Both the position numbers and the translations under genes were made by a program. From Octopus bimaculoides (lineage: Eukaryota), in assembly GCF_001194135.2 (NCBI RefSeq), contig NC_068984.1, positions 29,069,681-29,133,680 on the forward strand: a stretch of 64,000 nucleotides of DNA, read 5' to 3'. Positions 40,230 to 54,399 of the stretch are shown piece after piece (positions within the stretch are counted from its first letter, which is position 1; the number at the start of each line of letters is the position of its first letter). The notes under the pieces were generated by a model that saw nothing but the letters and a program-made list of their open reading frames with translations, ran no database searches and had not been told where the DNA came from.

Positions 40230-41500
40230 GGCAAAATCCAAGTCATGTTTCTTAGCAATCCCTTTCTGCTGCTGCATATTTTATACTATTGCTGTGTTCT
40301 AACCTACACCTTCTTGGATGCCTAGGTGCCTCCACAGCCAAATTACCATGGATGCTGTAACCACTTTGTTATGTGATATCTCTTGTATATAGAGTAAATA
40401 ATGCCCTCTGGTTCTCTTCTCCCCAGAAACTGAGAGCCGTTTCATAAAATCATAGGCAGATATGTGAAAAATCTTCACTCCTACCTCTATGGTAAGCTCA
40501 TTAGCTTACAATAGTCTCTCAAACTATTGGATAAATTGGCATGCTTCTGATTTTACATAGTACAAGGGGTTCATTCAGAACCACTTGTTTTGATGGAAAT
40601 GAATAAAGTACAAAGTGTATTCTCATGCCACCTTTGCTGATAAATTTTTCATTCAGGAAAGTCTATTGCACATTTTCCAGTTATTCACTCCATCCAGTCA
40701 ACCATGATTCCAGGATCCAACTGATGTAATTCCTCCAGGTCACAATTTTCTGTCTCATACCACATAGAAAATTAGTGGAGATTCTGGAAGTGTAGTTTTT
40801 CCTTCTATGATCACTTTAAGCAATTGATTGTGCTTCTATTTATACTTCCTTTGGGTTAGTATCATTTTGCATGAGCTCAGGACATGTTCACTTCTTATGA
40901 AATTAAAGAGCAACAGCTGTAAGACCAGGTGGGACACTAAACCATTTTCTTATGTACTTGTTGATCTTTGCTTCCCACATTTCCAATATACTTGTGCTAA
41001 TATTGCAGGCCAGTAAAGTCTGGCAGGACACCAGACTTTGTATAGATCAATAGCCTGCAATCTTTTCTTCACCATTTCTTTGGTTTCATTCTCCACTCTT
41101 TGCATTATTCAAAGAATCATCATACCAACTTCCAAAGCTTTTGACTGGTTATTCAACCATTCTTGGAATAAGATGGTTGGCTACAGTGAACATGACTTTA
41201 TCATTCCCTTTCCCGAAAGGCTTTGTGAATCATTTGGGTTCATTCTAGATTAGGAGACTGACTCTTCTATCTGCTTCAGTATTTTACATATTTCATCCTC
41301 CTTTCTGCAAAGAATTGGTGAATCATCCATCGAAAGGGTGCTTGGTATCCACTTGCAAGGTCTGCCAGGCAACTCATCACTACTTTCAAGATGACCTCTG
41401 TTGCCAGCATGAACTATATTGGAAAAATGGTACAGGCCATTGCTACACCAGCTTCCATACTGATCCTGACTCTCATGAAATCCTTTGTGGGGAAATCAGA
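40230..41500 (-). pseudogene. HERO (R2-related, RLE-type) non-LTR retrotransposon remnant
   Basis: Motifs occur in order on the minus strand: EAGVAMACTIFPI*FMLA, MDD, SRMNP, FTVANHLIP..PVKSFGSWYDDSL, YKVWCPARLYWP, WEAKINKYIRKWFSVPPGLTAVAL, ELT-IEVG. There are many stops and deletions. Confidence 0.8.
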
Positions 41501-43424
41501 GAGAGAAGGTATGAAAGTACTTTACAGCATTTTAACAAACTACTAAAAATAGATATCAGCTTTTTGGTAATGTATTAAGTAATAAATTAGCATTCTTCAA
41601 ATGTAAAATTCACCCTTTAATATTGATATGGTATCAAGGTGTCTCAAGAAAACATTTTTATCAAGCACGTGCTAAATAATCTGAACCATTTGTGTTGTAG
41701 AATATTATGCAGTCATTTTCACATGCTGACTCAAAGACATATAACTGCACACATAGTTGCATATACAGCTCTGACCTGGAACACATCCAAGAATAATCAT
41801 TCATCTAATAGGTCAGCCCTGATCAACATTAGCCCAACTCACTAAATGCAGAGCTATACACTCTCTCGCTCACACAATCTATTTCTCTCAAACACATACA
41901 CACCTCTCTCTCACACACTCTCTTAATTGTGTTTAGAAATTGTATCAATTTAATTTTCTGTACTTGCTATTGCTAAATTGCATTTACTTAAATTTATATA
42001 TATTCACATCTCCCATTGTTATTCTTATAATAATGACTTGCCTCAGTAAATCAAAATGAGTGTCTCTATGCAGTCACCTGACCTGCTTGAAATAGTGGTT
42101 TAGATTGCTTAAAATCATAACATAAAGTAATCTTATATATACAATAAGACAGGACGGCCAAAGTTGGAACACCTCTGTTAAATTTGCATGATTAAAGCTT
42201 AACTGGGGCTCAACAACAACAACTTGTCTAATCCCTTTTTCTTCATGCTTTATTTTAATGATAAGAGTTCAAACACAACATCAGTTAAACTAGAAAAAAA
42301 GTAAATAATTAAATAAACTGAGTTATCTGAATCCTTTTTGACTAATATTCAAATAAATGTTGTAGGGATATCTTTCTCTTGATAAACTTTGTATTTGCAT
42401 TCACCTCCCCAGGGCCAGTAAAAGTAATCTGTTATGTTACAGTAGTTAATTCAATTAAATATATCACTTCATAAATTTGTAGTCTTATGCAGATATAAGA
42501 AACCATAACAATATCCCAGACATCGATATATTTATTGAATAATACCTAATATTATTCAAAGTGATATAACATAACACATGATGGATTGAAAAACAATTAG
42601 AAAATATCCACAAATTTTCTTCTTTTAATGCAAAGAGAAGCTGAATCTTTATTTCATACATCAAAGAGTATTTGAAAAGAAACATACCTTTGATTAATAT
42701 CTAAATAATATAACATATTGTAACTATAACATTTCTAATTCTATTTAGCATCTGAGTATTTGATGCAGTAACAAAGTGAGGAAGAAAGAGCTGTGGGTTT
42801 GTTGAAAAATGTCTTGTAATAAATACCGCTGCAGATAGCAGTAATCTGCCACCTTCTTAAAGAAATTCAATACTTAATTTGCTCACTTGATATTTGAATG
42901 AATGTAGCATAGTAACCTATATTTAATTCCTACTGACTTTAACAACTGTCACAGCTTTAAAAAGGAAAAGTGCATAAAGCTTCAAGGTTAATGAAAACAT
43001 GTACAATTTGGTTAGTTCCCCAAGTTGAAAAGGAACCAAGAAAATACTATGAGCAGTCACTGTATTGGCTTGTAGACAAAATCACATTAAATTTCCCTTA
43101 ATATATGCATACTAAAATTGATTCACATGTAAAAGAAAATTCAGAACTTTCAAACTTATTCTGCACAGGCAGTCATTAAAATTAATACAAGTTCTTTCAG
43201 GAGATTCAACTAAAACAAAAAAGAAAGCATCTACTTTCCCAAGAAAAGTATTTAGTGTCATCTAAAATTGTTCTAAAGATGTCGAACAAATGAAAAAGTT
43301 TGTGCAAAAAATATATTCAACATTAAAGGAAGAGTTTAAGCTCAGTGGGAAATGGCAAGGATGCAACAAAACAAATAAGAACAGCATACAATGAGGTATT
43401 GTGGAAGACATGGATGTTGTTTTA

Positions 43425-43862
43425 TTAGTTATTACTGGCACCCGTGCGAACGTCGTCTCCTTTATTGGACACGAAACTCACCTTGCGAAGACTTATTGGG
43501 GCAAGCGAAAGCGAAATTGTGATGGCACCTGTGCCCAACGTCGCCTTTCTGGCACATGTGCCCGCGGCATGTGTAAGGACTTTCGAGCGAGATCATTGCC
43601 AGTGCCCCTGGACTGGCTCTTGTGCGGGTGGCACATAAAATACACCATTTTGAGCATGGCCGTTGCCAGTACCGCCTGACTGACCTTCGTGCCGGTGGCA
43701 CGTAAAAGCACCCACTACACTCTCGGAGTGGTTGGCGTTAAGAAGGGCATCCAGCTGTAGAAACTCTGCCGAATCAGATTGGAGCCTGGTGTAGCCATCT
43801 GGTTTCACCAGTCCTCAGTCAAATCGTCCAACCCATGCTAGCATGGAAAGCAGACATTAAAC

Positions 43863-43893
<31 letters not shown>
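43425..43893 (+). mobile_element. RTE LINE 3' UTR fragment with (GAT)n tail
   Basis: GTGCCGGTGGCACGTAAAAGCACCCACTACACTCTCGGAGTGGTTGGCGTTAAGAAGGGCATCCAGCTGTAGAAAC...; the 3' end matches 10937-11062. Confidence 0.9.
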
Positions 43894-43895
<2 letters not shown>

Positions 43896-44899
43896 ACTCA
43901 ACTATAAACTGCATCAGAACTAAGGTGATTCTATAGCTTAAGTGTTGGAATAATGTGTATTACAGTTGTTATGCTGTTTTAAGGTATTTTTTCACTTTTA
44001 TTTCTTGTTACAGGGCAGGAAAAGCAAGGCCAACAATCATTATACTCATTCGGTGAATAAAACGATAGAAGCATGGAGTAAATATATTATAAATGGGAAG
44101 TATATTGTCATATTATTTATATTATAAAGTGTGTGGTATGTCAGCTGTTAAATGAGCAATAGTATAATCCCACATGCATGGAATTATGATTCCTATCATA
44201 TGGCAGTAAGTGCCTGATTATTTTCTGTGGAATCAAATGACAGAAACTTTACATAGAGAGAACAATCTCGGCAACAACACAACTACTATCAGGCTGTCCA
44301 TATCATAAGGTTATGAGAAAGAGTAATGTGATTAGTTTATATAAGTGAATTTTTGAAACAAATATTTTCTTGTTATTACCATCAGAATAAAATAAGAATA
44401 AAGATTATGAAGTGAAGATGAAATTACCATGACCCAATTTCATGGTAATTGGGAAGCTATGAATAATTCTGGCAAACAAAATAGTGAGAATTGGAAATTG
44501 ATTCATAAAATCACCAGTGATAGAGATGACACTATATAAGTTTATGGAGACAATAACATTTACTTTTTAATATGTAAGGTCATATTGCACAAAAGGGAGA
44601 GAAAAAATGAACTGAGTATGGCAGATCATGAAAGGCATCAGCCAAAATATGCAGAAGAGAAAACTTCAGTTGAATGGCCATAACAAACACCGAACATAAA
44701 AGTACCATCTTTTGGCAATGAAAGATGTGGAGAAAAGCCAAGATATAGAGAAGTGGTAAGACTGATCTCAGAATGTTAGGCCCTGGAAGATCAGGAGAAG
44801 TAAACTTCTGCTATACTGCTGACCCATCTGGCTTAATTCAGCATGAACATGCAAATGTGCAAAATGTGTCAAACCAAACAATTTATCTAAAACAACCTC

Positions 44900-45195
44900 T
44901 AACTCATGTGATACATCATAGAGAGGTTGCTGTGTGTGGAGCCCTGATGAGTTTATCCCAAGTGAAAGTTTCTGATATGGTCAAACACCAATACTCAGCC
45001 GTTGTCTTCACAGAAGCCATTTTTGTTCCCATCTTTTGGGGCTGTATAATTGCAATATACAGCAACATCCAGTCAGTGGTTAAGGTGATTGTGCACCTAA
45101 GTGGTCTTACAGAGTCTCTTTCCACAATACTTAACACCCCAGTACCAATCTCAAAATCCTCGCTCATGTCAATTCCAGTTTCTCCAACATATTTC
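44900..45195 (-). mobile_element. Possible decayed Penelope-like GIY-YIG fragment
   Basis: KYVGETG followed ~75 codons later, in another frame, by NFHLG*THQG. A plus-strand CR1-like reading of 44600-45000 and an exon reading are not excluded. Confidence 0.35.
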
Positions 45196-46684
45196 TAAAT
45201 ACTACGATATAAAAAGAAAGAATGCTGTAGAGATTTTTCAGATGATAGAAAGGATTTTGTATCTTACTTACAGAATTAACTGGAAAACACACAGCAAAGG
45301 TGTTACAAGAGAAAACTAAGAGTGCTCCAATTAATTTAAGTTAAAGTGGAATGAAGTCATCAAAATTTAAAAAAGGATAATTTAAGTGATTTAAAAGGTA
45401 GAAAGACTATCAATTTAGAGAAGAATTTCTTAAAGTTCTACAAAATATAATTGTGGGCTCTAGAAATAGTATCCAAAGTATAAGATCAGTATAATGTTCA
45501 TTCACTAAAAACGTATAGTATCTTTCTCAACACTTGTTATATGGCTCCAATTCCAAAACATAATGAGTTTAATCCAGACTAGTAGAATATATTGCCTTAA
45601 TCTATCTCAATAAAAAATACACTCTCAAATATATTTAGAAAGTTAATCTCTTTATAAATAGCTTTGTAGCCAATGTGATATTCAATATTTGAAATAATGG
45701 ATTTTGGCCTTTGGAATTAGTAAAGGCTTGAAATATATACAACTCCATCATTAGCTATTTTCAAACTTATAAGTAATGGCTCAGGAAATCTAATGAAAAC
45801 AAAATTCCCTATGACCACATTGTTTTTCTTTACCCTGTATTTATAAGACACCAATAATCTATTTAAACTTTATTCTAATCATATATCTCTGGCATGCATA
45901 CAATTTTCCCCCTCCATAGTAGCATTTATGTCGTGACAAGGAAACAAAACAGACAGCATGCATATGACCTCATAATGATGCTAAGGATTTACTTTATTCA
46001 CAATAATAGAAGATTGTAAAATTATGTATAAATCTTGTAAATGATATGCAATCAATTGCACAATTAAATCTGCTATTAAGAAATTAACATATCAAAAAGC
46101 TTTGTTTCACATACACATACTTAATAAAACAGCTAAAAGACATGAATTTTCGTCTTCTATTGTAATTTCTAAATATATACTTTGAAATTTCCCCAGCGAT
46201 CTTTGAAGTAATATTTTTCAGGAATTCAGCAAGATATTCCACAAGCTACTATAGTTTTCTTTTTCAGTTTCAGTGCTACTGCATATTTAAAGATATCAGC
46301 AAATCAAAGCATTGTGAAAACGAAATACCAATGAGACAAACATCTTAGAACAAAATGAAATAAGTACAAAGTAAAACGTATTAAGTTAAAGAGAATGTTC
46401 AAATATGATTTTGTTTCTTAATTCGTGTTATTTAAAAAATCTTCCTCGATATGGTAACAGCACAAGCAAGAGTATTTGAAAACATGCACAAACAAAACAT
46501 ATTTGATGTGGTCACACACACACATACAATTTAATGTATGTATCTCAAACAGAAATACTGAGATTAGCCATGTATATATTTAGATACATATACACTGACA
46601 TAAAAATCAAGCATGATTTTATACAGATGCATATAGTTACATGCACAGATATATACTTTCCATTTAGCATATGTAATAGCACAA

Positions 46685-47079
46685 GCAAAACTGGCTTGGT
46701 TAAGATGTTTGTCTCACAACAAATGGTTACAGGTTCAATCTCACAATGCACTTTGGCCTCAGACTGATCCATGCCGCATAAGTAAAATATGGTAGGTGGA
46801 AATTGTGCAAAAACCTCTTTGTGAGTTGTCAGCATGTCTGTGTGTGTATTCTTTTATTCTTTTACTTGTTTCAGTCATTTGACCGCGGCCATGCTGGAGC
46901 ACCACCTTTAGTCGAGCAAATCGACCCCAGGACTTATTCTTTGTAAAGCCTAGTACTTATTCTTTCAGCCTCTTTTGCTAAACCACTAAGTTATGGGGAC
47001 GTAAACACACACACACACACCAAACTCGGATGTCAAGCAATGGTGGAGGAGACAAACACAGATACACAAACATACACAC

Positions 47080-47142
<63 letters not shown>

Positions 47143-47515
47143 CGATGATCTTCTTTCAGTTTCTGTCTACCAAATGCACTCACAAGGCTTTGGTCAGCCC
47201 AAGGCTATAATAGAAGACACTTGCCCAAGGTACCACACAGTGGGACTGAACCCAGAACCATGTGGTTGGTAAGCAAACCACTTACCACACAGCCACTCCT
47301 ACATCTATATGTATGTTTGCATGCTTGCCTGTAAATATATGTTTCTGATGTAGTAATATTATTCCTTTATGTCCTGTAACTTAGAGGTTCTACAAATAAA
47401 GATTGACAGGGAAAAGAATCAGACTAATATAAGTCCTGAGATCAATACGATAAAATAAAACTCTTGAAGATGGCACTCTAGTAGCGCCACAATCCAATGT
47501 CTGAAACCAATAACA
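46685..47515 (+). mobile_element. Old degraded B+C SINE split by a younger antisense copy
   Basis: Degraded head at 46685-46847 and degraded C module at 47310-47515 flank the insert. Confidence 0.65.
46848..47305 (-). mobile_element. Younger composite B+(CA)n+C SINE
   Basis: CpG-retaining C module (GACCGCGGCCATGCTGGAGCACC..GTCGAGCAAATCGACCCCAGG) and an intact head. Confidence 0.92.
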
Positions 47516-47970
47516 CAATAATCTGCACTTAACTTAGATAACTTAAGTAAGAATAATCGTACTTCTTAGTAGGCCATCTACCACTATCATACAAAATGTA
47601 TACACATGCACTCATGTAAAATTTCTATTAAGATTAACCTGAAAAATCTCAGATAAACCAGTTGGGAATAATGCAATAATATTATGGCACAAAAGACAGC
47701 TTACTAGGGAAGCTAAGATGAATAGCTCAATTGAATTTCAAGCAAACAGTTTACTAAAGAATTAGATACATGAAAGGAAACTTTTTAGCATATATTGCTA
47801 ATAAAGCAAGGATGCTCTAGATATGAGTTGTGACAATGGAATGAAAATTAGATTAAAAATAAGAGCTAACAACACTAAAAAAAAAACGACCAACAAAATT
47901 CAGTAAGACATATATACATACACACAGACCACACACACATTCACATATACACAAAACAAAGTTTTGAGAA

Positions 47971-48059
47971 ATAATAATAATAATAATAATAATAATAATT
48001 CCATTTATTTGCTATAATAATAATAATAATTCCATTTATTTGCCACAATAATAATAATG

Positions 48060-48097
<38 letters not shown>

Positions 48098-48098
48098 T
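47971..48098. repeat. (AAT)n tract with a duplicated TCCATTTATTTGC spacer
   Basis: Direct reading. Confidence 0.92.
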
Positions 48099-48451
48099 GT
48101 TACTGATAAGTACTACCAATATGTAACAAGCAAAACAAGATCTTAGATGTGAAATACAATAGAACAATTATAATGAAAGAATAAAGAATATCACTGAAGC
48201 TAAAATAGTATTTTGGGGTTTTTTTGTTTTTTTTTGCAAAATAGTTTTTTTATATTATTTCAGCTGCTTCCAAACTTTATAAAAGGTCTTAGCTCTTTGA
48301 GACTTTAACATAGATGTGAAAAATGGGGATGAGAAGAAGCTAGAAAGAATGAAATACAAATATATTAAATGTTGGAGATTATAAGCAGATGTTATGTACT
48401 TTAGATAAGAAAACTGTAAAGTAATGGCATGTAGAATGACAGGGTAATGAT

Positions 48452-48678
48452 ATTCTTTACTCTTTTATTTGTTTCAGTCATTTGACTGTGGCCATGCTGG
48501 AGCACTGCCTTTAGTCAAACAAATCAACCCCAGAACTTCTTTGTAAGCCTAGTACTTTTCTATCAGTCACTTTTGCTGAACCACTAAGTTACAGAGACAT
48601 AAACACACCAACATCAGCTGTCAAGTGATGGTGGGGGGAGAGACAAACACAGACACACAAACATACACACACAAACAT

Positions 48679-48728
<50 letters not shown>
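48452..48728 (-). mobile_element. C-module-only SINE (5'-truncated at the microsatellite linker) plus (GT)n
   Basis: Colinear with the C part of 23899-24110; no head beyond the (GT)n. Confidence 0.88.
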
Positions 48729-48731
<3 letters not shown>

Positions 48732-51378
48732 ACAGCATATATAGGATAAAATCCTTACGGAACAGAAAACCCTGTCAGCAACCAGCCATGAGAAGAGTTG
48801 AGCTAAGTTGTAGTTTCTATTCACAGATAAAAATCATTTCACTTTAACTCTAATTATTTTAAGACAAGTTAGAATCTCATCATAACCTCTAATATCAAAT
48901 AAAAGTTTCTGAAAATCTTCCAGATTATACAAGATATAAGACAGTTAATGCATGTTATTTGGATTTGTCTTATCTAATGTAATTCAGATTTACTTCTCAA
49001 AAAATAATACTAAATGCTCAAAATCCAGCTCTTTCTGAGTTTTTCTTCACTGACACTTTATGAGGGCTAGTTGAAAATAGAGAATAAAAACAATCAAACT
49101 TCTACCTGTAATTTACAAATAATGTCTCTAATGAGCAACATTGAGTTCTAGAACCTGTTTTTTTCAATTTTTCTATGTAAAAGAATGGAGGTCTCCATAG
49201 TCTTTCCAGACTATTCCCGGTTGGAAGACATGAGTGGGCAAGGCGAATGCAAATATTTCTGACAGTTGTTTAATGAGAAATACTAAGAGGAAAAGATGGA
49301 AAGGGAGAGAGATAAAGAGATAGTCAAGATAGTCAAAGAAATACATTTCTAGAGATTTAAAGATATATTTCTTAAGAGGTATGGAAATGGTTAAAAAAGG
49401 ATAGAAATGAATAATCAGAAGGCTTAACTGAAGGTAGCATAAATCCAGCAAATTTCAAAGAGCATAAAACAGAAAAAATGTAGTTCAACAGTGAACTAAT
49501 AGTTATAGAATCCTAGTGAGTAAATGTTTGTCAACTAGGTAAGCAGTATCTTTTATCCAGTCACATTATGTAGTGGTGGGGTGGGAACAATATAAAGGTA
49601 ATTTAGAATATTTCATGCAGTCTGATACAGGTGTGTACTTCAACACACACCCCTATCAGTTCACATATAGGGTTAGAGGAGAGACAATGAAAGAATTTGC
49701 TGGTTATTGAGTATGATAAATCTCACTTGGATACACTGAGATTTAGTTGCAGTCCACATTTTTATCCATTTGCTTGCAGTATATAAATATTATATCAATA
49801 TTATATAATTCATTAATTATTTGTTAATTATGTAGCACTCCTACAGAAAATAAAAAAAATTATTATAGAGGGAAGATAGCAGAATTGGTTGACCACTGAA
49901 TAAAACTGCTTTACATTCTACATTCAAATCCAATCAAGATTTACTCTGATTTTCTTTCATCTGAGTCTCTAAAACATGAATTTTCAAGTACCAGAAACAA
50001 TGAAATCAGCTGTGTGTAGAATTGTACCTGGTTAGAAACAATAATTATTAGTTGTAACCATAATAGTTACACTTTTCATAATTTAATTTACTGAATAAAC
50101 GAAACAGAAGACTGCTATACTCCATGTATATGCTCGCTCTCTCTCTCTCTCTCTCTCTCTCATGCACTCTTTCACTTTCTCACTCTTTCACACACACACA
50201 CACATAATTACAAGCTTAAAACTTTCCCATTACATTTGTAAGAATATATACCGCTATGCTTTCTTTCTTCAAACAAAGATGACAAAAAATGTTTGAAATA
50301 GTTTAAAGAAATGGGAGCAAAATAAAAACAAAAATTTATAACAATAATACGAAAATGATGAGAATGTATGAAAATAACTCCATGCAAAAAAAATAAAAAA
50401 ATAACCTACAAATGAAAATAAAATTTTCAAGAATGCATAGATAGAAATAAATGCTTCACAGAACTAAATTGGCTCATTGGCATGATTATTGCTGTAATGN
50501 NNNNNNNNNNNNNNNNNNNNNNNNNNNNNNNNNNNNNNNNNNNNNNNNNNNNNNNNNNNNNNNNNNNNNNNNNNNNNNNNNNNNNNNNNNNNNNNNNNNN
50601 NNNNNNNNNNNNNNNNNNNNNNNNNNNNNNNNNNNNNNNNNNNNNNNNNNNNNNNNNNNNNNNNNNNNNNNNNNNNNNNNNNNNNNNNNNNNNNNNNNNN
50701 NNNNNNNNNNNNNNNNNNNNNNNNNNNNNNNNNNNNNNNNNNNNNNNNNNNNNNNNNNNNNNNNNNNNNNNNNNNNNNNNNNNNNNNNNNNNNNNNNNNN
50801 NNNNNNNNNNNNNNNNNNNNNNNNNNNNNNNNNNNNNNNNNNNNNNNNNNNNNNNNNNNNNNNNNNNNNNNNNNNNNNNNNNNNNNNNNNNNNNNNNNNN
50901 NNNNNNNNNNNNNNNNNNNNNNNNNNNNNNNNNNNNNNNNNNNNNNNNNNNNNNNNNNNNNNNNNNNNNNNNNNNNNNNNNNNNNNNNNNNNNNNNNNNN
51001 NNNNNNNNNNNNNNNNNNNNNNNNNNNNNNNNNNNNNNNNNNNNNNNNNNNNNNNNNNNNNNNNNNNNNNNNNNNNNNNNNNNNNNNNNNNNNNNNNNNN
51101 NNNNNNNNNNNNNNNNNNNNNNNNNNNNNNNNNNNNNNNNNNNNNNNNNNNNNNNNNNNNNNNNNNNNNNNNNNNNNNNNNNNNNNNNNNNNNNNNNNNN
51201 NNNNNNNNNNNNNNNNNNNNNNNNNNNNNNNNNNNNNNNNNNNNNNNNNNNNNNNNNNNNNNNNNNNNNNNNNNNNNNNNNNNNNNNNNNNNNNNNNNNN
51301 NNNNNNNNNNNNNNNNNNNNNNNNNNNNNNNNNNNNNNNNNNNNNNNNNNNNNNNNNNNNNNNNNNNNNNNNNNNNNN

Positions 51379-51409
<31 letters not shown>

Positions 51410-53519
51410 GAAGTTTATTTCCTATCTAAAATCACTTGGCAGATTGAGAGACAAGTTTGAATAATGTTGCTACTTCTTTTTATGTCTAAAATTCAATCCA
51501 CACAAATGCTTTCCAGACAGAAATGAAGTATTATTTCCAACCATCCAAAAGACAATTATTTTCCCAGTTTGACATAAAATATTTCCTAAATTCTATTAAA
51601 ATCATTGAATTTCACTGCTCTTTTCTAGCCATCTGTTTTGATCAGTCTCACACCTAGACATATGCATGTTTAACTCAAAGTGAACTGACCAAAAGTTTTT
51701 ATCACCAGAATACCACCATTGTTGGTTTTCTGTTATTTATTACTTGAAATATTTTTATCATGCTACTGAAGACACCTGCTTAATTGTTCATTAACATAGG
51801 ACAATCTAGTTCAAAGTACAACATTAGATCCACATCTCTCTTGCTTAACGCAATCTTGTTTTCTTAGCACCACAATAAATAGAATGTCTTTTACTTACCC
51901 CAAAAGTTTGGTATGAACACTAAAAGGACATAAGCAAGTAAGATCTTATTCTAGAAACTAATACATAATCCAGTCAACTATTCAGATACTTCATAATACT
52001 CCAACATGGACAGAAAGTTATGTCACTCTCTGCTATCACACCATTTTAATATCTATAAAATCTCTTTTCTATAGATCCTATCTGAAGTAAAAGTAATTAT
52101 CTGATTTAACTTTGTTTAAGTAGTTTGGTGTTCTATTTGTGCTAGCAATCTTGTAGACAGAGAAAGAAATGATTGCTATAAAACATTACTCATATTTACG
52201 AATGTTTTGTGCCATAAAATCAAAACTCATTTTATTTTCCTTTTATCACTGTAAACTCCAGTCAAACAAAACTATGTAACATGGTAACATATTTAAATAC
52301 TTTGGGAGCAACACACAACAGGAAAGTGCTATTTATTGTCTGTTTTCACCAGCTGATCAGAATATACCATTTGTCTTATTCAACACAAGAAAAAGATATG
52401 GTGAATATAGACAACATTCATAACCATTCTCTTATGACATTAAACTATGTAAATTTTATAATATGCAATAACAGGAGCATATCAAATTTGTATGTAGATG
52501 CTTCTTTGTAACCAAGCACAAGTGAGTTCATAAATGTATTTATGCATATATGCCTGCATGTTTATGCAGATGTATATATGCATATATTTGTCTCCTTGTG
52601 CATATGTATTTTACCATAAGCTTGCATGAGCAATATGTATGTCTATATGCTTAAGTACTTCTGCACTTATTTACATGAATGTGCACACATAAATGTCCAC
52701 ATATTCAATATGCATGTTTGTACATTGATGAGTTCATGTCCAAGTGTGTGTATGTCTTCACTTACTTTTGATTCCTTTCAGTTGTGTTCTTCTTATCCTA
52801 ATACTAGGCTTTCAGAGTGTACCTGTTCAGTTAAGGCATGAGAAAAACTAATGAGGTGAGATTTGGTTGCTGAATTTACAAGCCTGTAAAATATTCTCTT
52901 GTTAGCGTGGATTTTGAAGTTATTGCTACGCAGTCTCTAATCTCTAGCAACATAGCAGTATGTAAGGAGCTAGAAAGGATGATTTTACAACTTATCTCAG
53001 AAGCATAAAGCAAACTCATTCATAGCAAAATTAATAATTAAAAATATAACTAAAAAATTACTCATTAATTATTAATGGAATTGGGTTACATATGCTGCAA
53101 GAATTATATTGATAGATGAAAATATAAATCTAATCTTATTTTGCTCAATTTAAATGATTAACCCCCACCCTCTATAAAGCAGATACAAAGATTTGGAAAA
53201 AGTAGTATTTAAATTGCAATTTTGTGAAAGGAAAATATCCTTAATATCATCTGAATAGTTATTTTCTTCATATTTGTATGGTATGACATTTTCAAAACAG
53301 TGTTACACCTTCTTTTAAAATATAAGTTATCAAAACCAAGTCCCCTTCTCTTTTAAGTGCTGATCTAAACAATACTCAAATTTGCTTTTATAGTATAACG
53401 AGTTACTCTTATATTTTAGCAAGTGATGAAATAGATAATACTACAGTAGCAATTTAGTTAAGGAAATAAGGGCAGCATCCATGAACTTTCATACTGCCTC
53501 TGAAACTGTTTTGGCCTGA

Positions 53520-53770
53520 AAATTTGTAACAGGATGGAATCTGCTAATGGTACCCAACGCTCAGATGGTGATGTTAAACCAGTTGACAGATTCAGTCTCA
53601 CACAAAAGAGCAACCAACAGGATTCCATACTTTTCCCGTCTATCTAATTTCAGTTCCAAGACTTGGGTCAAACTGTGCAATGGTAAAAGATATTTACACA
53701 AGGTGCCATGTAGTGGTATCAAACCCAGAATTATGTGAGTGCAGAAGGAAATTTTTATCTACATGGACAT
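53520..53770 (-). mobile_element. Degraded B+C SINE remnant
   Basis: CAAGGTGCCATGTAGTGGTATCAAACCCAGAATTATGTG is head-like. Confidence 0.55.
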
Positions 53771-54399
53771 AACTCATCTACATTACAAAATGGTACCAAA
53801 TTAAATAGTGCCTGAGAATTTCTTTAGAAATTAAGAATACCGCTGTTAGTTCAACCAACCTATAATTAAGAAAGGCAAATCAATTATGCAAAGACAGTGA
53901 ATGAAACAAAAGCTACATAAGCAAAAAGAAATGTAAAGTAACACGAAATACAAGGGCTAACCTAACTTTCAATCCTGTCCAACAAGAAAATTTCTTTAAG
54001 AGAGTTGAGAATGGAAGTACAAAATACCTTGTCTCCTCACTATACCTTGTTGCTACTTACCATTAAATTAGTTCTGATCAGAGCTATGATAAAAATGTAA
54101 CAGCCATGACTATCTCATCACATTTTCATGCATAAAAATATATCTATGTCAACATCACATAATGTGCCCTACCTTTATCAAGATAGTAGGGTATAGTCTA
54201 AAGGGAATTCGCTGGCTTTTTCTAGCATGTTGAGTAACCATGTAGCAGCTTCCATATCTTCATTCTCATATAAATTAATGCCCACACTGGATTCTCCAAA
54301 AGTAAGTGAGAACTTTACAGAAGATTCTAAAATATAACTTTACTGCTTTACCCAACAAGATATCCTTGCATGTCTTACTATTAGTTTATAGATATCAAA

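Noticed and set aside
44773-45198. 141-aa plus-strand ORF as a host gene
   Set aside because: No recognisable domain; better explained as a shadow of decayed retroelement sequence.
50451-51464. 300+ aa ORFs
   Set aside because: N-gap artefacts.
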